From the NCBI GenBank assembly GCA_011775825.1, contig JAABYK010000262.1, positions 31,523-66,382 on the forward strand: 34,860 nt of DNA, written 5' to 3'. The notes beneath the pieces are model-generated. The model made no database searches, was not told the DNA's origin, and was given only the letters and a program-made list of their open reading frames with translations. Numbering within the stretch: the first letter of the stretch is position 1; the number at the start of each line of letters is the position of its first letter. A program made the position numbers and the translations under genes. Shown one piece after another: positions 26,966 through 34,696 of the stretch. The stretch is from Candidatus Zhuqueibacterota bacterium (GTDB lineage Bacteria > Zhuqueibacterota > Zhuqueibacteria > Oceanimicrobiales > Oceanimicrobiaceae).

Positions 26966-27418
26966 GTGAACCAGGCCGAGCTAAAAGAACGGATCAAGAA
27001 GGGCGAAGATTTTCACACGGAGCTTAAAGAGAGGCTCCCGGATCGGGAAAACATCGCAAAATCCATAGTTTGTTTTGCAAACACCGATGGCGGCGATTTG
27101 ATTGTTGGTGTTAGTGAAAAAAATCAAATTGTGGGTGTTGAAGATTTGGATAAAACCATGCGACTCATCGATGATGTTTCACTCAATCGATGTGAGCCCC
27201 CGGTTACTGTACTGCAGGAGACTCTCGAGATTAAAGACAGAACCGTGTTAATCGTCCGCGTCCCCAAAGGCTCTCATCGACCTTACAGAACCAGGAGCGG
27301 TCGCTTTTATGTTCGATCTACAAATCGCTGTCGGCAAGCATCTCGTGAAGAACTTCTGAGGATTTTTCAGTCGGATAGAAGTGTGTTTTTCGATGAGGCT
27401 CCCGGAAAGCAAAATTAA
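26966..27418 (+). CDS. AlbA_2 (Schlafen-like, putative DNA-binding) domain protein, apparently truncated after the N-terminal domain
   Basis: GTG start. ELKERIKKGEDFHTELKE, VCFANTDGGDLIVGV, HRPYRTRSGRFYVRSTNRCRQASREEL. The frame ends 8 codons after FFDEAP, inside the start of the next ORF. Confidence 0.65.
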   Translation: MNQAELKERIKKGEDFHTELKERLPDRENIAKSIVCFANTDGGDLIVGVSEKNQIVGVEDLDKTMRLIDDVSLNRCEPPVTVLQETLEIKDRTVLIVRVPKGSHRPYRTRSGRFYVRSTNRCRQASREELLRIFQSDRSVFFDEAPGKQN

Positions 27419-27803
27419 GCAGGGCATACTGCATCCAGAAGCGAAGGTTCGCTACACCGCGGTAGGGTATTTCTCAGAATCTTATAGCCGGGACCCATCT
27501 GTGATGCCGTTGGTAATTGAAGCTGTTGAGAAATATGGCTGGAAAGGAGCCTATTATCTCATCGGCCACGCCAGTAGTTTGGCTCAGACTGAGGATACGC
27601 TTCGTTGGATATTTCACGAGCTGAACAGAGAAATTGACAAAAACGACATGGACCAAGTCAATTATTTGTATAACTTAGGTAGGATGTTGTATCGAACTGA
27701 TCCAGGATTGCTCCTTCGTCATGAAACCGACATCATCGAATGTCGTGGATTATTTAAAGGTGTGTCGCAGAGCATTGCAGAACGCATTGAAATGCTGAGT
27801 TGA
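27393..27803 (+). CDS. SEC-C/HEAT-like protein, 5' segment ending at an in-frame TGA (fragment of a disrupted or recoded gene)
   Basis: MRLPESKIKQGILHPEAKVRYTAVGYF... Same frame as ORF 27912..28658, with only the TGA at 27801-27803 as a stop between them. The maximal ORF starts at GTG 27381. Confidence 0.6.
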   Translation: MRLPESKIKQGILHPEAKVRYTAVGYFSESYSRDPSVMPLVIEAVEKYGWKGAYYLIGHASSLAQTEDTLRWIFHELNREIDKNDMDQVNYLYNLGRMLYRTDPGLLLRHETDIIECRGLFKGVSQSIAERIEMLS

Positions 27804-27911
27804 GACGCAGAGAGATGTTGGCGAGCACTGGAGGAGATTTGTGAAGCCGGTAAGGATAAGCAATATACTAATGAGGTTAATCTGGGACGCGCTTCACCTA
27901 TTATTGAAGCT

Positions 27912-28658
27912 TTGGCGAGAGACGGAGAAACATACACAGACCGGATTCTGGGTTTGCTTTCACGTGAAATCCATGACTTTGAAAACAATCCGATGAAATG
28001 GATGGAACCTCTCTTAATCGAACTGGCTGGAGAGATGCAATTAGAGTCAGCAATTCCGATCATTATAGATAAGCTTAAGATAAACGCCAGTTACCTGTCT
28101 GAGCAATGCATGTACGCGTTAATCAAAATCGGAACGGATTCTGCGCTTCGGGCCATTTACGAGGCCTTCCCAAAAGCGGATGTGCATTTTCGCCTGTATG
28201 CAAGCGGGGTTTTCCCTCATGTTCATTCTGACACGTCGGTTGAAAAATCGCTCGATCTTTTGCCAAGAGAAAAGGATCATACCAACAAGACAGGTCTTGC
28301 AATAGCTCTTTTAAGCAATTTTGCTTATGAAGGAATCCAACCAGTGCGTGAATTGATCATTCAACAACAATATGATCGTCAGTATGTGGATTTGCGGGCA
28401 AGTTTAATCACCACCTGCATTATCATGGAAAAGCACTTTCCGGAATTCGAAGGGTGGAGGACTCAAATTGAAAGGGAAAGGGCAGAAAGAGAGCGGATTT
28501 CTCAGCGTAGAATGCACATGGCTCCCACAGAAGTCCGATTAGCTAAGAATTCTGGAGCGAAAAAAAAATTGGTAGAAATGACCCCTGTCCCTGTGGCAGC
28601 GGGAAGAAATACAAGAAATGCTGCCTCAATTGAATCTGTTATTCTGCTAAAAATTTAA
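27912..28658 (+). CDS. SEC-C/HEAT-like protein, 3' segment (the SEC-C motif itself lies in the -1 frame, 28568-28633)
   Basis: The track ORF begins at TTG 27912, but the frame is open back to the TGA at 27801. Helical-repeat-like sequence (MQLESAIPIIIDKLK...ALIKIGTDSALRAIYEAF). After the A9 run, the -1 frame reads IGRNDPCPCGSGKKYKKCCLN-stop. Confidence 0.6.
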   Translation: MARDGETYTDRILGLLSREIHDFENNPMKWMEPLLIELAGEMQLESAIPIIIDKLKINASYLSEQCMYALIKIGTDSALRAIYEAFPKADVHFRLYASGVFPHVHSDTSVEKSLDLLPREKDHTNKTGLAIALLSNFAYEGIQPVRELIIQQQYDRQYVDLRASLITTCIIMEKHFPEFEGWRTQIERERAERERISQRRMHMAPTEVRLAKNSGAKKKLVEMTPVPVAAGRNTRNAASIESVILLKI

Positions 28659-28672
28659 CAAAGGTATCATTC

Positions 28673-29026
28673 ATGGCGACTGAAGAAGAACAACACCATC
28701 GTAATTGGGGGATGCTGTGTCATCTGACTGCGCTCTCCATCTGGATTGGCGTGCCTTTCGGGAATATTGTGGGACCGCTGCTCATTTGGCTTATGAAAAA
28801 AGACGAAAGCGAACTTGTGGATAAGCAGGGAAAGGAATCTTTGAATTTCCAGATTTCCATTTCGATTTATTTTGTCGCGGCCGTCATGCTTTCATTTCTT
28901 ATCATCGGTATTCCTTTGCTCATTGTTTTGGGTATTGCCCATATTGCTCTGGTGATTGTCGCTGCGGTCAAAGTGAGCAACGATGAGCCCTATCGCTATC
29001 CTTTCACATTGAGATTCATCAACTAG
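28673..29026 (+). CDS. DUF4870 family membrane protein
   Basis: HRNWGMLCHLTALSIWIGVPFGNIVGPLLIWLMKKDESELVDKQGKESLNFQISISIY...YRYPFTLRFI matches my recollection of the family signature. Confidence 0.75.
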   Translation: MATEEEQHHRNWGMLCHLTALSIWIGVPFGNIVGPLLIWLMKKDESELVDKQGKESLNFQISISIYFVAAVMLSFLIIGIPLLIVLGIAHIALVIVAAVKVSNDEPYRYPFTLRFIN

Positions 29027-29053
29027 GAACAAGCAGGGGAATGGAGATGGAAC

Positions 29054-29857
29054 TTGAATCTTCAAGATAAGACAGCCTTGATTACGGGCGCGGCGCGTGG
29101 CATCGGCCAGGCCACGAGCGTTGAGTTGGCTCACGCGGGCGCCAACATCATAGGCGTCGATTTGAAGGTGGAAGACTTGTCGGAAACTTCGAAGGCTGTT
29201 GAACAACTTGGAACAAAGTTCTACGGTTTCGCATGCGACGTGAGCGATGAATCTTCAGTTCGCATGCTGGTTAAGCAAGCAGAAACCACCGATGGCGGGT
29301 TTGACATTTTAGTTAACAATGCCGGGGTTCTGCCAAGCGGGCCGTTTTTGGAGCGCGATTTTGAAGTCTGGCGCCGAACGATTGACATTAATCTTACAGG
29401 GCTGATGATGCTGACTTATGTAGCCTTGCCGCACTTGTTCGCCAGGAAAGTGGGCCATATCGTCAATATTGCCAGCATTGCCGGTAAATTCGGGACGGAA
29501 GGCGTGGCCGTTTATGCTGCCTCGAAACATGGCGTGGTGGGGTTCAGCTCGGCGTTGCGTTTTGAGCTGCAACAAAAGAACATCGGGGTAAGCTGGATTT
29601 GTCCCAGTCTTGTCAACACGCGAATGTCAAGCGATGTTCAGTACACATTTTTGACTCCGAAAGTAGAGCCTGAAACCATCGCACGGGCCGTGCGCCAGGC
29701 CATCGAAACCAATGCAACTGAACTCTTCGTTCCTCGCCGAGTGCGATTGGCCGTGTCCATTCTGCCAAGTCTGGCGCCCAGATTTTCCAGATGGTTGACG
29801 AGAGTCACAAAGGCCTCGAAGGGATGGTTGATTGCAAAGAAAGAACTGGCGGCTTGA
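29054..29857 (+). CDS. SDR family oxidoreductase
   Basis: TALITGAARGIGQA (TGxxxGIG), NNAG, and the catalytic YAASKHGV (YxxxK). The TTG start is the only in-frame start after the upstream TAG, with GGAG 7 nt upstream. Confidence 0.88.
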   Translation: MNLQDKTALITGAARGIGQATSVELAHAGANIIGVDLKVEDLSETSKAVEQLGTKFYGFACDVSDESSVRMLVKQAETTDGGFDILVNNAGVLPSGPFLERDFEVWRRTIDINLTGLMMLTYVALPHLFARKVGHIVNIASIAGKFGTEGVAVYAASKHGVVGFSSALRFELQQKNIGVSWICPSLVNTRMSSDVQYTFLTPKVEPETIARAVRQAIETNATELFVPRRVRLAVSILPSLAPRFSRWLTRVTKASKGWLIAKKELAA

Positions 29858-29859
29858 AC

Positions 29860-31161
29860 ATGTCGATTTTGGATCATGCAGATAGATATTGTATCGTCGG
29901 TGCGGGGTCATCGGGACTCGTGGCTGCCAAGAACTTGCAGGAATATGACATTCCTTGTGATGTGCTTGAACGGGAGGATGACCTCGGCGGCATCTGGAAT
30001 TATGGCAAAGAGAACAGCAGTGTCTACAAATCGACGCACCTCATTTCGTCAAAGCCACTCACTGAATACATCGACTTTCCGATGCCGGATGACTATCCCG
30101 ATTATCCCAATCATAAGCAGGTTTTGGATTACTTTCATGCCTATGCAGATGCGTTCAATCTCCGCGAGACGATACAGTTCAATCTTTCGGTCGAGAAAGT
30201 GGAACCGTCCGACCAATTTTGGGACGTGACGCTGGAAAATGGCGAAACGCGGCGTTATAAAGGGATCACCATCGCAAATGGTCATCTCTGGAAGCCGAAA
30301 TTCCCCGACTATCCCGGAGTATTTCACGGCACCGTTTTACATTCAAAAGAATACAAAACTCCGGACGTCCTGAAAGATAAGGACGTACTTGTGGTGGGGG
30401 CCGGTAACTCGGGATGTGATATCGCGGTAGAAGCGGCTCAAAATACTCGCCGAACGTTCCACAGCGTGCGCCGTGGATATCACTATGTACCAAAATATTT
30501 GTTCGGTAAACCGTCTGACCAAGTGGGTGAAGTCTCGTTGAAATTGCGGGTGCCTTTGCCCATCCGTCGCGCGATAAATACCGCAATCGTGAAGTTGATT
30601 TATGGCAGACCGCAGGATTTTGGTTTGCCAAAACCTGACCACAAACTGTTTGAGACTCATCCGATTGTCAACTCACAGATGTTCTACTATCTCGGTCATG
30701 GCAATATCACTCCGAAACCCGATATTCAAGAATTGTGTCATGACTCCATTCTGTTTGAGGATGGCACGAAAGAAAAGATCGACGTCATTATTTATGCGAC
30801 TGGCTTTCATATCTCTTTTCCATTTTTGGATAAGAGGCATTTGAACTGGCAAAACGGCTATCCGAAGTTCTATCTAAACGTCTTTCATCCCGAGTATGAC
30901 AATTTGTTCTTGGCCGGTTTTATCCAACCCGATAGCGGCCAGTGGGGATTGGTTGACTATCAAACTCAATTGATTGCAAAATTTATTCATGCGCAAACCC
31001 ATCGCCCAAAAAAGGCGGAGGCGTTTCGAAAGTTAAAATCAGGTCCCATGCCAAATCTCGGTGGCGGTGTGAGTTACCTGGAATCGAGTCGTCACCATCT
31101 GGAAGTTGAGCATTTCAGCTATCGCCAGCGTGTGAAAAAGTTGCTGAAGAAGCTTGACTGA
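29860..31161 (+). CDS. Flavin-containing monooxygenase (class B; FMO / type II Baeyer-Villiger-like)
   Basis: FAD site IVGAGSSGLVAA, DLGGIW, FMO motif FHGTVLHSKEYK, NADPH site VVGAGNSGCDIA, IYATGF. ATG 29860 lies 2 nt after the SDR stop. The maximal ORF starts at 29791. Confidence 0.88.
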   Translation: MSILDHADRYCIVGAGSSGLVAAKNLQEYDIPCDVLEREDDLGGIWNYGKENSSVYKSTHLISSKPLTEYIDFPMPDDYPDYPNHKQVLDYFHAYADAFNLRETIQFNLSVEKVEPSDQFWDVTLENGETRRYKGITIANGHLWKPKFPDYPGVFHGTVLHSKEYKTPDVLKDKDVLVVGAGNSGCDIAVEAAQNTRRTFHSVRRGYHYVPKYLFGKPSDQVGEVSLKLRVPLPIRRAINTAIVKLIYGRPQDFGLPKPDHKLFETHPIVNSQMFYYLGHGNITPKPDIQELCHDSILFEDGTKEKIDVIIYATGFHISFPFLDKRHLNWQNGYPKFYLNVFHPEYDNLFLAGFIQPDSGQWGLVDYQTQLIAKFIHAQTHRPKKAEAFRKLKSGPMPNLGGGVSYLESSRHHLEVEHFSYRQRVKKLLKKLD

Positions 31162-31221
31162 GCTGCAACCCATCTGAAACTCTCGACTCGGACAAAATCA
31201 CGAAAGGGGGGGATTGGGATA

Positions 31222-31641
31222 ATGAAAGCTTTGATGGTCATAACAGTCGTGATTATTCCGGCATTAACGGTGTTTGCGTTCGATTTGCTCAGAGACGCCG
31301 GTGAATTCAAGAAGATCGGCCACATTTTTCCGGCACGGTGGAGAGAGTGGATGGAGCCTATCCGAAGCTCTAACTTTCGTCAACCACGCAAACGATTCTG
31401 CAAACCTTCGCAATCACAAGTGCTTAAAATTAGCCCTGAGAAAGGTGGCGAATATCAGATTGAAGAGGTCTTTCTGGATGACGGTCGGAATATTTCAGGT
31501 TCAAGTGTTGCAGCCGTGTCCGGGCAAACGCTTGTGATCGGAGCCGTATTTGACGGTGCTTTTTTGGTGTGCGAACTGCAGGAGATCTACTCGGTATTGT
31601 TGGCTGGTTTGATGGCGCTGATAGCTTCCGGAGCGATGTAG
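31222..31641 (+). pseudogene. Paraoxonase/arylesterase-family (lactonase) remnant: signal anchor plus last propeller blade only
   Basis: 139 aa against roughly 350 aa for the family. The C-terminal PSQSQVLKISPEKGGEYQIEEVFLDDGRNISGSSVAAVSGQTLVIGAVFDGAFLVCEL aligns by eye with the PON1 C-terminus as I recall it (ASEVLRI...[26 protein letters not shown]). The N-terminal TM anchor MKALMVITVVIIPALTVFAF is retained. There is no room for the missing ~215 aa. Confidence 0.6.
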
Positions 31642-31796
31642 ACGAGTTCACCTTTGTTGTCCACCGCCGTAATCAGTACCCTGTGTACAATCACCTCGGG
31701 GTGATTAATGACAAACGTTTCGCCGTTGTCGAGATGAACTTCGATAGGTTTGAAAGGCCGAACCGTCATCAACTTGCGAATTTCTTCAACTTCCAT
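31587..31796 (-). CDS. Small hypothetical protein (69 aa)
   Basis: ORF MEVEEIRKLMTVRPFKPIEVHLDNGETFVINHPEVIV... This resembles a recurrent small-protein pattern (RPF.P..IhL.dG....i.HPE) of unknown function. It is convergent with, and overlaps by 55 nt, the PON-like remnant. Confidence 0.5.
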   Translation of the reverse strand: MEVEEIRKLMTVRPFKPIEVHLDNGETFVINHPEVIVHRVLITAVDNKGELVYIAPEAISAIKPANNTE

Positions 31797-31893
31797 AATG
31801 ACCCCGCGTTTATTTTGGTGATTTAAGCAAAGTCATAAAAATCTAAGACTAAGTTTGGAAAAAATCAATAGAAAAATATAGGAAGGAGGAAAA

Positions 31894-32325
31894 ATGACTG
31901 CTAAGGATCTGAGTTTATCCACTTTGCTTATCGTTTTGGTACTTGCCCTGTTCATTGTCGAGCTTTTCCAAATCGATGGCATGTTTTTGGAAATCATGAT
32001 CAAAATTGCCATCTTGATTACAATCATCTTTGCACTCCCCAATCCCATCGACAAACTTAAGTTCTTCATCACACCTTTTCATACGGGAACGGTAAATCTC
32101 ATTTTACATGCAGTTAGTGCGGTGCCGTTATTTGTCGGTCTCGTTATCAAGGATATCCCATTAATCATCCTTTTCTATATCATTGAGAGCTCCGGGCATG
32201 TGTTTAATTTCGTGTTTAAATCTGACTTCGAGCTGAGAGAGAACACCACCGGAATCATTCCATTACAGATTGCCCTACCCGGTGCCTTTGTTTTGATACT
32301 GATGAGATTGTTCGGGTGGTTCTAA
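31894..32325 (+). CDS. Hypothetical integral membrane protein (about 4 TM segments)
   Basis: Hydrophobic ORF with an AGGAGG Shine-Dalgarno 6 nt upstream of ATG 31894. No family recognised with confidence. Confidence 0.6.
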   Translation: MTAKDLSLSTLLIVLVLALFIVELFQIDGMFLEIMIKIAILITIIFALPNPIDKLKFFITPFHTGTVNLILHAVSAVPLFVGLVIKDIPLIILFYIIESSGHVFNFVFKSDFELRENTTGIIPLQIALPGAFVLILMRLFGWF

Positions 32326-32523
32326 GGGGTTGTGAGAATTAATTCGGAATTTTGAATTAGGCTTAATAAAAACAATCGAAAGATGATCAAAGATTAGGAA
32401 CTTCCTTTGCACGCCTAACCCGAACGAGCCTCGTGGGATAGACAATCCAACGGGGTGAGCCGGAGCCAAAAAAAACAAAATGATTAAATTTGATCTAAGG
32501 AATACAAAAGATGGAGATTGAAA

Positions 32524-33537
32524 ATGAAAAACATCAAAATTTGGACAAATTACTCATGGTTGATTCTATCGGTTTTAATAGGTTGCGGTCGTTCCGAGAG
32601 ACCAGCAGCAAATCAAACCCCGCAACCGGAGTACTTTCTGACCAGCGATCAGACGCACAACAAATTCAGTCGCAGCATAGCGCCGGTTCTAACCGTGCCT
32701 TCGGGAGCGGTCGTTCAGGTTGAAACAGAGGAGGCTTCCGACAAACAGCTTTCTCTCGACTCCGAAGCTGAAGATGTCCCCGAGGTGAAATTTGACCCGA
32801 TTCATCCACTCACGGGGCCGGTTTATGTTGAAGACGCCGAACCCGGAGATATCCTGGCTGTGACCTTGCACGAGATTGAACTCGGCGATTGGGGTTGGTC
32901 CGGCGTGTTCCCCGGCTTCGGATTTCTTGCAGATGAATTCACCGAACCGCATCTGAAGACATTTCAACTGGGAAAGGATAAGCAAGAGGTGGCGTTCTCG
33001 GAAACTATAAGCGTACCGCTCAAGCCCTTTCCGGGCGTGATGGGCGTGGCTCCGGAGACGGATTCGCTGTTGTCCACCATTCCGCCGCGAGCCAACGGAG
33101 GCAACATGGACGATCCTCATCTTACCAAAGGCACCACGGTTTACTTTCCCGTGTTTGTGGAGGGCGCTTTGTTTTCAATAGGCGACACCCACGCTGCACA
33201 AGGTATGGGTGAGGTTTGCGGCACGGCCATTGAGGCGCCGATGCGGATCGTGTATCAGGTGGACGTCATTAAAGGCGAACGCAAAATTCAAGAACCGCAA
33301 TACGAAACCGACGCCTACTACGCAGTGACGGCTTTTGCCACCACTTTAGACGAAGCGGCCAGGAAAGCCACGCGTTACATGATAGATTACCTGGTTGCAG
33401 AGCATGGCCTGGAGCGCACGGAAGCTTACGTCCTTTGCTCGTTAGCAGGCGATTTAAAAATCGCAGAGGTGGTGGACGTACCGCATGTTTTGGTGAGCAT
33501 GCATATGTCCAAGGATGTATTGGGTACAAACAACTAA
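32524..33537 (+). CDS. Acetamidase/formamidase family protein with N-terminal lipoprotein signal peptide
   Basis: HPLTGPVYVEDAEPGDILAVTLHEIE...GGNMDDPHLTKGTTVYFPVFVEGALFSIGDTHAAQGMGEVCGTAIE family motifs. N-terminus MKNIKIWTNYSWLILSVLIGC (lipobox). GGAG 7 nt before ATG 32524. The maximal ORF starts at TTG 32518. Confidence 0.85.
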   Translation: MKNIKIWTNYSWLILSVLIGCGRSERPAANQTPQPEYFLTSDQTHNKFSRSIAPVLTVPSGAVVQVETEEASDKQLSLDSEAEDVPEVKFDPIHPLTGPVYVEDAEPGDILAVTLHEIELGDWGWSGVFPGFGFLADEFTEPHLKTFQLGKDKQEVAFSETISVPLKPFPGVMGVAPETDSLLSTIPPRANGGNMDDPHLTKGTTVYFPVFVEGALFSIGDTHAAQGMGEVCGTAIEAPMRIVYQVDVIKGERKIQEPQYETDAYYAVTAFATTLDEAARKATRYMIDYLVAEHGLERTEAYVLCSLAGDLKIAEVVDVPHVLVSMHMSKDVLGTNN

Positions 33538-33574
33538 TTGGGATCATAACTTGCTGAAAACTCTGGAGGCATCC

Positions 33575-34696
33575 ATGAAAAAGTTGAAACGGAGGGAATT
33601 CTTAAAGAAAGGCTCAACTGCAACGCTATTGGGGGGATCGGCGCTGCTGCTGGGCTGTCAAAGCACGGAAGAAACCAATCAAGCGCCGGCGGTACACACT
33701 CGCAAAACCTACCAATGGAAAATGGTCACGACCTGGCCGCCGCACTTTCCGGTGATGGGAGAAGGGGCGGACTTGATGGCTGAGTGGATCGATGAAATGT
33801 CCGAGGGCAGACTCAAGATTCAGGTTTATGGCGGCGGCGAGTTGGTTCCGCCCCTCGAGGTGTTCGATGCCGTGAGTGGAGGTGTGGCGGAAATGGGCCA
33901 CGGAGTAGGCTACTACTGGGCGGGAAAAGTCCCGGCGGCTCAGTTTTTTGCCGCGGTTCCGTTCGGCATGAACGCACAACAGATGAATGCCTGGCTTTAC
34001 AGCGGCGGCGGTGTGCAACTTTGGGAAGACGTGTACGCGCCGTTCAATTTGGTACCCATCCCAGCCGGAAACACCGGTGTGCAAATGGGCGGCTGGTTCA
34101 ATCGTGAAATCAATACCACCGAAGATTTAAAAGGCTTAAAGATGCGCATCCCTGGATTGGGCGCAAAGGTCATCGCGAAGGCGGGCGGCTCTCCGATCTT
34201 GACTGCCGGTGGCGAAATTTATACCAACCTGGATAGAGGCGTGATCGATGCAACGGAATGGGTCGGACCCTACCACGATTACCTCATGGAATTCCATAAA
34301 ATCGCCAAATATTATTATTATCCGGGATGGCACGAAACCGGACCGGTGCTCGAGCTGACCATCAACAAGGCTCAGTGGGAACGCCTTCCCAAAGATTTGC
34401 AAGCGATTGTGCGCACGGCTGCGGCAAGAGCGAACGTCTGGATGCTGTCCGAGTTCGAGGCCAAAAACCACACGTACTTACAAAAAATAATGGCAGAAGA
34501 TGACGTTGAAGTGAGAAAATTCCCGGATGAAATTCTTACCGCACTAAAAGGATACGCACAGGAGGTGATTGAGGAAGTCACGGCCAAAGACCCACAGAGT
34601 AAGAAGGTGTACGAGTCATTTGACAAATTCAGAAGAAATGTGACCAGGTGGGCCGAGATTTCTGAGAAGGTGTATTATTCTTTGATGGAGGTTTGA
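33575..34696 (+). CDS. TRAP transporter substrate-binding protein (DctP type) with twin-arginine signal
   Basis: MKKLKRREFLKKGSTATLLGGSALLLGC Tat-type signal. WPPHFPVMGEGADLMAEWIDEMSEGRLKIQVYGGGELVP...GVQMGGWFNREI is typical of TRAP periplasmic components. GGAGG 5 nt before ATG 33575. Confidence 0.85.
   Translation: MKKLKRREFLKKGSTATLLGGSALLLGCQSTEETNQAPAVHTRKTYQWKMVTTWPPHFPVMGEGADLMAEWIDEMSEGRLKIQVYGGGELVPPLEVFDAVSGGVAEMGHGVGYYWAGKVPAAQFFAAVPFGMNAQQMNAWLYSGGGVQLWEDVYAPFNLVPIPAGNTGVQMGGWFNREINTTEDLKGLKMRIPGLGAKVIAKAGGSPILTAGGEIYTNLDRGVIDATEWVGPYHDYLMEFHKIAKYYYYPGWHETGPVLELTINKAQWERLPKDLQAIVRTAAARANVWMLSEFEAKNHTYLQKIMAEDDVEVRKFPDEILTALKGYAQEVIEEVTAKDPQSKKVYESFDKFRRNVTRWAEISEKVYYSLMEV

Noticed and set aside
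27801-27803. Genome-wide TGA reassignment (code 4/25) as the explanation for the in-frame TGA
   Set aside because: Several well-defined genes in this window end at TGA at the expected family C-terminus (Ada-like 23307-23309, SDR 29855-29857, FMO 31159-31161). TGA is therefore a normal stop here.
32326-32523. Riboswitch (e.g. guanidine or glutamine class) in the 198-nt leader of the amidase gene
   Set aside because: I found only one modest hairpin (CCC-GA-ACGA-GCC-TCGT-GGG), and I cannot match any riboswitch consensus from memory. An Rfam/Infernal scan is needed before any claim.
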